Shown here: positions 21,606-29,883 of the stretch, in pieces
Layout of the letters: every line of letters starts with the position of its first letter
Numbering within the stretch: position 1 is the stretch's first letter
NCBI GenBank assembly: GCA_021159885.1
Contig: JAGHDO010000068.1
Coordinates: forward strand, 16,118 to 80,117
DNA length: 64,000 nt
From: Synergistota bacterium
GTDB lineage: Bacteria; Synergistota; GBS-1
Direction of reading: 5' to 3'
Translations under genes and position numbers: made by a program
The notes under the pieces: model-generated
Told to the model about the DNA's origin: nothing
Database searches by the model: none
Seen by the model: only the letters and a program-made list of their open reading frames with translations

Positions 21606-22983
21606 CCTTTCCCTTACCTCCCCGCTTCTTCTTTACCCATCCCTCTATATTAACTTGCTTGCTTCTCGCTATAGCGAGACTATCCGGAGGAACATTCTTA
21701 GTTATCACGGAACCTGCCCCAGTCATAGCTCCCCTTCCAAGCTTAACTGGTGCTACCAGCATCGTATCGCTCCCTATAAAGACATCATCCTCTATATAGG
21801 TTGGGTTCTTCCTCACACCATCATAATTACAGGTTATAGTCCCCGCACCGACGTTGACCCGCTGACCTATAGTAGCATCTCCTATATAGGAAAGATGAGG
21901 CACCTTACTATCCCTTCCTATAAAGCTTTTCTTCACCTCGACGAATTTACCTACGTAAGCACCCTCATCCATAACGGTCTCAGGCCTAAGGTAGGCAAAC
22001 GGTCCCACCTCACATCCCCGTGATATCTTGCTCCCCTCTATAACAACATTTTCCCTTATAATAACCTCATCTTCTATCTCACTATCCAATATTCTAACGT
22101 TCGGGCCTATCTTACACCCCTTTCCTATCTTCGTTCTTCCCTCTATGAAAGTCATAGGATAGATTATCGTATCCTTGCCCACTTGAACCTCGGGATGTAT
22201 GTAGGTAGTACTTGGATCCTTAATAGTAACTCCCTCTTCAAGCATAAGCTCATCGAGCTTTCTTTTAATTAGCTCTTTCTCCAGGAATGCCAACGCCTTC
22301 CTATCATTAACCCCCATGACCTCAAGAGGATCTGAAACGGGAATGGCATTGACCCTGAATCCTCCTTCAACCGCTATTTCTATTAAATCGGTAAGGTAAT
22401 ACTCCCCTTGAGCGTTCTCTCTTCCAACCTTAACTATAAAGTCCCGAAGAAATGGGACATCAAAAGCGTAGATCCCCGCGTTTACCTCCTTCACTTCCTT
22501 CTCCTCATAGCTTGCGTCGGGTTCTTCCACTATTTTAACGACCTCTCCCCCCGCCTTTCTAATTACCCTACCGTAGTCCGTTGGATCATCCAAAATCACA
22601 CTTAAAAAGGTTATGATATTCCCCTCCTTATCATGATAGGAGATCAATTCTTTCAGTGTCTCAGAGGAGACGAGAGGAACATCCCCCGGAAGCACAACGA
22701 GAAGATCATCATCTTTCCAGAAATCATAAGCCACTCTCACAGCATCTCCAGTGCCCCTTTGCTCGCTCTGCCAGATAATTTTAACTTCCTCACCGAAGAG
22801 CAGATCCTCGATCATCTCACCGTTATATCCCACAACAACACCTACATTTCCCTCAAGTTCCTTGAGCGTTTCAATCAAATAAGAAAGCATAGGCTTCCCG
22901 CAGAGCTCATGAAGCACCTTCGGTATAGAGGTTTTCATTCTCTTCCCCTTACCAGCAGCGAGAATTAAAAATGACCTTTTCAT
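21598..22983 (-). CDS. glmU: bifunctional UDP-GlcNAc pyrophosphorylase/acetyltransferase
   Basis: [16 protein letters not shown], hexapeptide repeats, [13 protein letters not shown]. Confidence 0.97.
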   Translation of the reverse strand: MKRSFLILAAGKGKRMKTSIPKVLHELCGKPMLSYLIETLKELEGNVGVVVGYNGEMIEDLLFGEEVKIIWQSEQRGTGDAVRVAYDFWKDDDLLVVLPGDVPLVSSETLKELISYHDKEGNIITFLSVILDDPTDYGRVIRKAGGEVVKIVEEPDASYEEKEVKEVNAGIYAFDVPFLRDFIVKVGRENAQGEYYLTDLIEIAVEGGFRVNAIPVSDPLEVMGVNDRKALAFLEKELIKRKLDELMLEEGVTIKDPSTTYIHPEVQVGKDTIIYPMTFIEGRTKIGKGCKIGPNVRILDSEIEDEVIIRENVVIEGSKISRGCEVGPFAYLRPETVMDEGAYVGKFVEVKKSFIGRDSKVPHLSYIGDATIGQRVNVGAGTITCNYDGVRKNPTYIEDDVFIGSDTMLVAPVKLGRGAMTGAGSVITKNVPPDSLAIARSKQVNIEGWVKKKRGGKGKDG

Positions 22984-22990
22984 GCTCTTA

Positions 22991-22999
22991 ATTATAGCA
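22991..22999 (-). promoter_or_regulatory. extended -10 promoter (TGcTATAAT) 7 nt upstream of the glmU ATG
   Basis: Minus strand reads GTGCTATAATTAAGAGC-ATG, with no SD. Confidence 0.55.
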
Positions 23000-23020
23000 C
23001 ACCAAAAATATAAAAAATTT

Positions 23021-23095
23021 TGGCTGGGGCGCCAGGATTCGAACCTGGACCGCAGGATCCAAAGTCCTGTGTGCTGCCATTTACACCACGCCCCA
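23021..23095 (-). tRNA. tRNA-Gln (anticodon TTG)
   Basis: TGGGGCG...CAGGA CTTTGGA TCCTG...GGTTCGAATCC...CGCCCCAGCCA cloverleaf with encoded CCA. Confidence 0.97.
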
Positions 23096-23149
23096 ACCTT
23101 GGCAAAATCTAATTATAGCAAATATCTTGGAAAAAGAAAAGTCCAAGAT

Positions 23150-23530
23150 TCACACTGGGCTTATACAGCTTTCCCTGATATCTTTTATCCGATTATTCTC
23201 ATCGACGAAAACGAGCTTTACGATCACGCCACGCTTTATCTCCTCCGGAGAATACCAAGCATATGCAGCTATTATAATTTTGTCCCCTACTTCTCCTAAG
23301 CGCGCTGCAGCCCCATTTAAGACAACTTCCCCTTTGCTCCGTTCTCCAGGTATTATGTAGGTCTCAAATCGAGCCCCATTCGATATATTGTAAACCCAGA
23401 CGCTCTCAAAGGGCGACAATCCAGCAGCTTCCATGAGATCGGGATCAAGCGTGAGGCTACCTTCATATTCAAGATCTCTGCCTGTGATACGAGCTCTGTG
23501 AATCTTAGATTTTAGAAATTTTTCAAGCAT
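23150..23530 (-). CDS. panD: aspartate 1-decarboxylase
   Basis: [12 protein letters not shown] and NGAAAR. Starting at 23530 places the Gly24-Ser25 cleavage site exactly. Confidence 0.96.
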   Translation of the reverse strand: MLEKFLKSKIHRARITGRDLEYEGSLTLDPDLMEAAGLSPFESVWVYNISNGARFETYIIPGERSKGEVVLNGAAARLGEVGDKIIIAAYAWYSPEEIKRGVIVKLVFVDENNRIKDIRESCISPV

Positions 23531-24380
23531 TCTCATCACCACCCAAGATTGCATTATCAATAAGCCTCGCTGAACCAACATAAACTGCCAACGCAAGTAA
23601 AGTAGGTCCTGAAACATCCTCAACCGGTTTTAGCGTCTCAGGATCCCTGAACTCAACATAATCTATTTTGGTATAGGGGTGAGAAGATATCAATTTTACA
23701 ATTTCCTCCTTAAGCTCGCTGACGCTCCTTATCCCCTGAGAAACGAGCTCCTTCGCTTTAAGTATAGATTTATAAAGACACAAAGCAGACTTCCTTTCCT
23801 CAGGTGAAAGATACACATTTCTTGAACTCATGGCAAGGCCGTCGGGTTCTCTGACTATAGGATGCCCTATGATCTCTATCCCAAGATTAAGATCTTTTAC
23901 CATCCTCTTTACAATCAAGTATTGCTGATAATCCTTCAATCCAAAGATAGCAACGTGTGGTTTCACTATATTAAAAAGCTTTAAGACAACCGTTGTAACC
24001 CCTCTAAAGTGCCCAGGTCTTGAAGCCCCACACATGGGTTTAGATAGCTCCTTAACCTCAACATAAGTCTGAAAACCTTCCGGGTACATATCGTCTACGC
24101 TTGGCGCGAATAGGACATCGACTCCCACTTTCTCAGCGAGCTTCCTATCCCTTTCAAGGTCTCGAGGATAACGCTCAAAATCTTCAGAAGGCCCAAACTG
24201 AATTGGATTAACGAAAACGCTAACCACCAGTTTATCGCAAAGCTTCCTTCCAAGACGCATCAAGGAAAGATGCGCTTCATGGAAGTAACCCATTGTGGGA
24301 ACCAAGCAAACTCTATATCTATTTTCACGAAAATGATTTGCTAAAGACTGCATTTCAGAAACATCCGCTATTAACTTTAC
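23523..24380 (-). CDS. panC: pantoate-beta-alanine ligase (start codon uncertain: GTA 24380, ATC 24383 or ATG 24353)
   Basis: [41 protein letters not shown]. Confidence 0.95.
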   Translation of the reverse strand, partial: VKLIADVSEMQSLANHFRENRYRVCLVPTMGYFHEAHLSLMRLGRKLCDKLVVSVFVNPIQFGPSEDFERYPRDLERDRKLAEKVGVDVLFAPSVDDMYPEGFQTYVEVKELSKPMCGASRPGHFRGVTTVVLKLFNIVKPHVAIFGLKDYQQYLIVKRMVKDLNLGIEIIGHPIVREPDGLAMSSRNVYLSPEERKSALCLYKSILKAKELVSQGIRSVSELKEEIVKLISSHPYTKIDYVEFRDPETLKPVEDVSGPTLLALAVYVGSARLIDNAILGGDENA

Positions 24381-24412
24381 GATTCCTCGCCTCCTTTCTC
24401 AAAGATATAATA

Positions 24413-25402
24413 CTACAACATCCTCTTCTTAACAACACCATTCAGAAAGTAGTTAACTACTCTGGGATCGAAAACGCTTCCCGACAAGGACTCAACTTGG
24501 AGCGCAGCGCTCTCAATCGTGTGAATCACACCGAGCCTTCCTGAAAGAAGAGCATCGAAAAAGTTGGAAACGGAAACTATTCGAGCATAGTTAGTTATCC
24601 TTCCCCTCTCAAGATTTCTTGGATATCCTCCACCTCCAAAACGCTCATGATGCTGATAAGCCACGTGAGCCACCGTGAGAGGCAAGGTTCTTATGCTTCT
24701 TAATATTCCATAACCTATTAAAGTATGCATAGATGTTAGAAAATCAACCCCATCAGTACTTAAAAAGGGATTTAAGAAAAAGGATTCGGGATCGAGGAAC
24801 AGCTTTCCAAGATCGTGAAAAAGGGCTCCCACACCTATCTCCCATATACTCCTTACTTTATACCCCATAGCCAGAGCGGTAAACATTGAAAGAACGCATG
24901 CATTAAGCCAGTGCTCCCAGAGCATTCCACCTTCTTCATAAGTAAAGCTACCTAAGCTCAGGAGCTTTCTGTCCCCTTTGAAGATCTCACGCAATAGCGC
25001 CGAAACTACCTTTCCCCCCACATTTATAAAAAGCTCTATTCTCGATTTTCTATCCGGAGGAAGCCTACCGAGCTTCTTTAAAAGCATATCGGCATTTTCC
25101 CAATCGAGCCCTTGAACGACGGTGCTCCTTAAGGAATAAAGCGTTCTTCTTAGACCAAGATAGATCTTCCTTATATCATAGAGAAAGGGGTTGTCCATCG
25201 ATTCCTTTGTCGCTTCGTAAAGCTCCTTCTCCTCCTCGCTTTCAAAGACTATAACGTGCGTAATTGAAAATCTCTTAAGGCTTTTGACCTGTTTAACTCC
25301 AAGAACTACCCCTCTTCTTAAAAGAGGATTACCATCCGGGGTATAGATACTTCTTGCCAGGATCATTTCTCCCTTAACATCGTCGAGGTTTATTACCTTC
25401 AA
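24413..25402 (-). CDS. HD-GYP domain protein, degenerate motifs
   Basis: HDLGK and HHERFGGGGYP; SNFFDAL replaces ADxxDA. Confidence 0.8.
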   Translation of the reverse strand: MKVINLDDVKGEMILARSIYTPDGNPLLRRGVVLGVKQVKSLKRFSITHVIVFESEEEKELYEATKESMDNPFLYDIRKIYLGLRRTLYSLRSTVVQGLDWENADMLLKKLGRLPPDRKSRIELFINVGGKVVSALLREIFKGDRKLLSLGSFTYEEGGMLWEHWLNACVLSMFTALAMGYKVRSIWEIGVGALFHDLGKLFLDPESFFLNPFLSTDGVDFLTSMHTLIGYGILRSIRTLPLTVAHVAYQHHERFGGGGYPRNLERGRITNYARIVSVSNFFDALLSGRLGVIHTIESAALQVESLSGSVFDPRVVNYFLNGVVKKRML

Positions 25403-26249
25403 GGGCCTTTACCACTTTCTGAATCGCTTCCTCGGGTGAAGAAGCGAAATCAACGAAACTATACTTAGAGGAGTAATATCTTATCCTCGCCATTTCCCTA
25501 TCGTTCTGGGGAACTCCTACGGTAATTTTTTCGAGAAAAACTGAATATGCAAAGGTGAGACCACCAGAAGAGACAACCGCGGAGGAGATCCTATAAAGCG
25601 GGGAGAGATCTCGAAGAGATCGATAAAGACGCAAATTACTCGGGAGATCTCTTTTCTCAAAAAGGTTATAGTCCGGATTAAGAGGACCGAAGACGACATG
25701 GAAGTTAAGTCCAAAGGAGCTCGTCCTTTTAATTAGGCTCTCTACCGCTCTCCTTGTATAGGACCTTGGATCTGATCCTCCGAAAGCTATGAGAATGTCT
25801 ATATCTTCTACAGCCTCCCCTTTAAGAAGCCTTATATTCTTAGGAGGATAAACGTAATCCCAGCCGCTAAAAATATAAGTCGCTTTTGCCCCTGCAGACT
25901 CAAGGGGAAGAAAATCGGGATAAATTAGAACATCAACCTTTTCACGGAAATCCCCGCGATTATCGAAAAGAACCCTTATTGAATCAGACGATAAAGATGA
26001 CATTTCAGTTGCAGGATCAACTTCATCGGGAAGATCAATAATGACCATATCAGCCCCTCTCCTACCAGATCCAAAGGAAACCCTTATTCCTCTCTCTCTC
26101 AAATCTGAGGCAATAAAAAGAGATCTATAAACATGACCAAGACCGCTCCTTCTCGATCCCCCGCACAGAAAAGCAACAGATGGATTCTCACGCTCTTTTA
26201 AAAGCCTAACGAGGATCCTAAGAAGCTGAGGTTCTCTATAGCTTTCCAT
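25374..26249 (-). CDS. PseG/SpsG-like GT-B fold protein
   Basis: GLGHVYRS, FGGSDP and SSGG.T motifs. Confidence 0.65.
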   Translation of the reverse strand: MESYREPQLLRILVRLLKERENPSVAFLCGGSRRSGLGHVYRSLFIASDLRERGIRVSFGSGRRGADMVIIDLPDEVDPATEMSSLSSDSIRVLFDNRGDFREKVDVLIYPDFLPLESAGAKATYIFSGWDYVYPPKNIRLLKGEAVEDIDILIAFGGSDPRSYTRRAVESLIKRTSSFGLNFHVVFGPLNPDYNLFEKRDLPSNLRLYRSLRDLSPLYRISSAVVSSGGLTFAYSVFLEKITVGVPQNDREMARIRYYSSKYSFVDFASSPEEAIQKVVKALEGNKPRRC

Positions 26250-28347
26250 TCCTCTCCCTCAAGATCTCGAGGAAAATATCTGCAAGAACCGGATCAAACT
26301 GCTTTCCCCGATTTTCCCTTATCTCCCGCATTGCCTTCTCAAGCGAGAGAGCGCTTCTATAAGGTCTATCTGAAACCATGGCATCAAAGGAATCAGCGAG
26401 TGATAAAATCCTAACGCCTATGGGGATCTCCTCACCCTTAAGGCCATCAGGATACCCCTTACCATCCCATCTCTCATGATGCCACCTCACCCACTTCGCA
26501 ACCTCTTTAAAGAGAGAGATAGGTCTTAATATCTCCTCTCCGAGAATGGGGTGCTTTTTAACCATATCATACTCCTCATCCGTGAGCTTCCCCGGCTTGT
26601 TAAGTATTCTTCCAGGAACTCCTATCTTGCCTATATCATGTAGCACCGCAGCATACCTCAGATTCTTCTTGTCCTTAGGGCTTAGCCCAACCTTATCTGC
26701 CAGAAGCAGTGCCCACTTCATAACCCTCTCGCAGTGTCCATGAGTATAAGGATCCTTCATTTCTATCGTTTTCGCAAGCGCCAGCGTTATAGAGAAATAA
26801 AGCTCCTCTCTTTCCAAAACGTGAGCAAATAGATTCGCAAGTATAGTGAGAGCCTCTATATCTTGTGGCAGTATCTTCTCCCCTGTGGTTGTAACCGTAA
26901 GAACGCCATATATTTTGCCGTCTTTCTTTATCGGCACAGAAAGCTGTCCCTTTACTCTATCATCCCACTTAAGATAAAGAGGATCCTTTTCAACATCTCG
27001 CGCTATATAGGGTCTTTCGGTGCGGAAGACCTCAGAAACTATGTTACTTTCGCTAAGAGCAATCTCCCTGTCTTTGAATTCCTCAGGAAGACCACACGAG
27101 GCAATCTGATGAAGATATCCATCCTTTTCAAGCAAAAGCATCACTGATAGATATTTTAACTCCTTACAAAGCATTTTAACGAGCTCATTAGCCGCTTCTT
27201 CCATCTCAACGAGAGCGGTGAACCTCCTTGAAATCCCATAAAGTAGAAGCAAACGTGAGTGCGTCGCCCTAAGCGACTGTAGATATCTGATTCTCTCCAT
27301 AGAGACCTCCATAAGTCCAGCTATGGCCTTCATGATCTCTAGATCCTCCTCATCAAACCTTTCTACTTCCTCACCTTCTATTACTATCACTCCCACAACT
27401 TTATCGCGAAGCTTAAGCGGTACCGCCATACCGCTACACATCATCGGACAAACCGCTTTGTGAGATGAGCAGGTAAAATCCTTGACCACAACGGGCTCCC
27501 CCGTCAAAAAAGCTTTCTCTACCATACTATTTCCATCAAACCTGAGCTCCAGTCCCTCACACCTCCCACTTAGCTTACCCGCACCGCAGATGTGCTTGAG
27601 CGACTCTCCCTCCTTTAAGAAGATAGCCACATTAACCGCTCTTAAATGATGCATTATTAGAGAAACAAGGGTTTCCATAAATTCCTTTTCACTGCCGTAT
27701 CTTCTCCCGAGGTTGCGAGCTACATCATAGAGAATGAAGAATCTCCTGTTTGTCTTCTGAAGGGATGTTATAATTTCCGCCTTACTCAAGAATACCGCCA
27801 TCTTAAGGGCGATGACCCTCCAGAAGTTAGTTTCCACTTCCAGATCGCTCTTTCCATAAAGAACTTTGACCCGGAGCACGCCCCGATTCTCAGTGCCATA
27901 AGAAATAGGAGTATAAAGAAACTCACCTTTCCTCAAGACATCCCTTTTCTCAAAAACCTCCTCTAAAGCATAAGCGATATCCTCACCCACATCTTCCAAA
28001 ACCACCGTTTCAGAAACAAGCTTGACCTCCTTAAAGCTTCCTTTATCATAAATGAAAACTCTCACATCGCTATCTTTCATGCGCCACTTAAAAAACAAAA
28101 TGGCTTCCTTTAAAACCGCAAGCTTCGTCAAAGCGCTACCAAGCTTTGAAGCAAATTCGGCTATTATGCGTCCAAATTCCTCCCTTCTTCTTATCCTTTT
28201 AACATCGTATAAATAAACCTTCCATACGAGAAAGGCAAGCAAAAGCAATATTAGAAGATCTATCCAATCTCTGTGAACGGAAAAGCCAAAGAAAGCGAGT
28301 AGAAATCCAATAATTACTCCAATAAGCAAGCCGAAAGCGCCTCTCAC
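26236..28347 (-). CDS. membrane-anchored multi-GAF HD-GYP phosphodiesterase
   Basis: Two N-terminal TMs, GAF repeats (AVPLKLRDKVVGVI; SVPIKKDGKIYGVL), intact YT.GH, HDIGK, HHERWDGKGYP, ADSFDAM..DRPYR. GTG start overlaps the dcd TGA. Confidence 0.88.
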   Translation of the reverse strand: MRGAFGLLIGVIIGFLLAFFGFSVHRDWIDLLILLLLAFLVWKVYLYDVKRIRRREEFGRIIAEFASKLGSALTKLAVLKEAILFFKWRMKDSDVRVFIYDKGSFKEVKLVSETVVLEDVGEDIAYALEEVFEKRDVLRKGEFLYTPISYGTENRGVLRVKVLYGKSDLEVETNFWRVIALKMAVFLSKAEIITSLQKTNRRFFILYDVARNLGRRYGSEKEFMETLVSLIMHHLRAVNVAIFLKEGESLKHICGAGKLSGRCEGLELRFDGNSMVEKAFLTGEPVVVKDFTCSSHKAVCPMMCSGMAVPLKLRDKVVGVIVIEGEEVERFDEEDLEIMKAIAGLMEVSMERIRYLQSLRATHSRLLLLYGISRRFTALVEMEEAANELVKMLCKELKYLSVMLLLEKDGYLHQIASCGLPEEFKDREIALSESNIVSEVFRTERPYIARDVEKDPLYLKWDDRVKGQLSVPIKKDGKIYGVLTVTTTGEKILPQDIEALTILANLFAHVLEREELYFSITLALAKTIEMKDPYTHGHCERVMKWALLLADKVGLSPKDKKNLRYAAVLHDIGKIGVPGRILNKPGKLTDEEYDMVKKHPILGEEILRPISLFKEVAKWVRWHHERWDGKGYPDGLKGEEIPIGVRILSLADSFDAMVSDRPYRSALSLEKAMREIRENRGKQFDPVLADIFLEILRERNGKL

Positions 28348-28961
28348 CGCTCCATCATCCCCCCTTTCATCCTCTTTAATATCTCCCATTCAGGATCCCT
28401 CCATAGAAATCCTACCTCAGGTAAAAGAGAACCCATATACTTGCTTCTCGCTTTCTCGTAGTCCCTGATTTCCCTGCCTTTAACCTCATGAAACACGAGC
28501 TGTGCTATCCTCGTTCCAGGGTAAAGATAAAGAGGCGCTACTCCAAGGTTAGCGAGCTCAAGTGTTATAACTCCCCTGTATCCTGGTGAGACGACGGTAG
28601 CGGTGGCAACAACGAGTCCCAATCTCCCCCATGAAGACCTTCCCTCAACGTAAGCCATATACCTATCGCTCAATGCTATATACTCAAGGGTACTCGAGAG
28701 GGCAAAGTCCCCAGGGTGGAGAACAAAAGCTTGTCCCGGCTCAAGAAAAACTCTCTCGCCAAGCATAGGCAAAAAGGGGGCATCTCCTCCAAGAGGGTCA
28801 AAAGCCCCCATAACTCTCTTTCTGAAGAGAACGAAATCAAGCCCTAACCTTACATCGAGGCTTCCTTTTCCCACCTGAAGAGAGGAGTCAAGCAAGGGTA
28901 TTACCTTTATATCGCCGCTTTCTAAAGCCTTAATTATCTCCTGAGAGGGAATTACCGACAT
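28344..28961 (-). CDS. dcd: dCTP deaminase (trimeric dUTPase fold)
   Basis: SLDVRLG, GRSSWGRLGL, PGYRGVITLELAN, RIAQLVF. Confidence 0.9.
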   Translation of the reverse strand: MSVIPSQEIIKALESGDIKVIPLLDSSLQVGKGSLDVRLGLDFVLFRKRVMGAFDPLGGDAPFLPMLGERVFLEPGQAFVLHPGDFALSSTLEYIALSDRYMAYVEGRSSWGRLGLVVATATVVSPGYRGVITLELANLGVAPLYLYPGTRIAQLVFHEVKGREIRDYEKARSKYMGSLLPEVGFLWRDPEWEILKRMKGGMMER

Positions 28962-29670
28962 CCTGGAATTTACGCCACTCCTTTCTAAAAGCCCTCAGTT
29001 TCAAGGTCGTTAAAATAAGCTCGCTTATTTCCTTTCTCTCGGCTCCGCTTGAGATTGCTTTCCAGCCCGCATTAAATATTTCAGGAAGAGAGAAATCGAT
29101 GGGAGGAATGGAATCCTGAAGTAAAAGAGAAGCGATATCCACTCGCTCAAAAGTAGGAACATCAAAACGTTGAATCAAAGAGATCCTGCTATCACCGTTG
29201 GGGAAAAGCGTTTCTCTTAAAGCAAACCTATAGGCGTCGCCATATCTCGAGAGAGAAGCGATATCCGCGGATTCTATGTCTTTTCCCCTCCACCGCAGGT
29301 AGAGAGAATAGAGGTAAGGATACAGCAATGGTTCCTCCGGAAATCCCTCAGGTAGCAACACCAGAAAGAAGTCATCGACGGGATAAAAGGTAGGACGTAT
29401 GCCATCATAGATTGAGACTATTGGCTTAACCCCACATTCCTCCTCCAGATAAGCTTTAAGAGCCCATGGAACACCGGTACCACAACCTCGAAGGAGATAG
29501 CGAAAGAGACGCTCTAAGAGCACGATCGCTCTTTCATCTACACCCAGTGTAAGCTTTTGTTTTATGTACCTCAATCCCTCCCTGACGGTGGATAAGCATA
29601 TGGGGAGCTTTTCGAACTCCTCTATATCAGCTCTTAGCTTCTTTAACCTGTACATCATAAGGTCTTCCAT
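28930..29670 (-). CDS. hypothetical protein coupled to dcd
   Basis: 246-aa ORF overlapping the dcd start; TGcTATAAT lies 9 nt upstream. Confidence 0.7.
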   Translation of the reverse strand: MEDLMMYRLKKLRADIEEFEKLPICLSTVREGLRYIKQKLTLGVDERAIVLLERLFRYLLRGCGTGVPWALKAYLEEECGVKPIVSIYDGIRPTFYPVDDFFLVLLPEGFPEEPLLYPYLYSLYLRWRGKDIESADIASLSRYGDAYRFALRETLFPNGDSRISLIQRFDVPTFERVDIASLLLQDSIPPIDFSLPEIFNAGWKAISSGAERKEISELILTTLKLRAFRKEWRKFQDVGNSLSGDN

Positions 29671-29704
29671 AACAAACTCATTATAGCATATGTGCGAAAA
29701 ATAA

Positions 29705-29736
29705 AGGGAGAACCTCTAAAACGGGAGGTTCTCCCT
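29705..29736 (-). terminator. intrinsic terminator after tRNA-Ala
   Basis: 12-bp stem AGGGAGAACCTC/GAGGTTCTCCCT followed by TTATTTTT on the minus strand. Confidence 0.85.
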
Positions 29737-29748
29737 ATTTTCCCTTTC

Positions 29749-29823
29749 TGGTGGAGCTGGCGGGAATTGAACCCGCGACCTCTTCCATGCCAAGGAAGCG
29801 CGCTCCCACTGCGCCACAGCCCC
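29749..29823 (-). tRNA. tRNA-Ala (anticodon GGC)
   Basis: GGGGCTG...CTTCC TTGGCAT GGAAG...GGTTCAATTCC...CAGCTCCACCA; G3:U70 identity pair present. Confidence 0.97.
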
Positions 29824-29837
29824 AAAAGTCATATGTT

Positions 29838-29866
29838 ATTATAAGGTCAGAGAAAGAACTTGTCAA
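29838..29866 (-). promoter_or_regulatory. sigma70/sigmaA promoter of tRNA-Ala
   Basis: Perfect TTGACA-N17-TATAAT. Confidence 0.85.
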
Positions 29867-29883
29867 GCAAGAATAGGATTTTC

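Noticed and set aside
29749-29823. tRNA-Ala as an integration site of a genomic island
   Set aside because: No integrase and no convincing duplicate of the tRNA 3' end was seen; only chance 10-mers inside genes.
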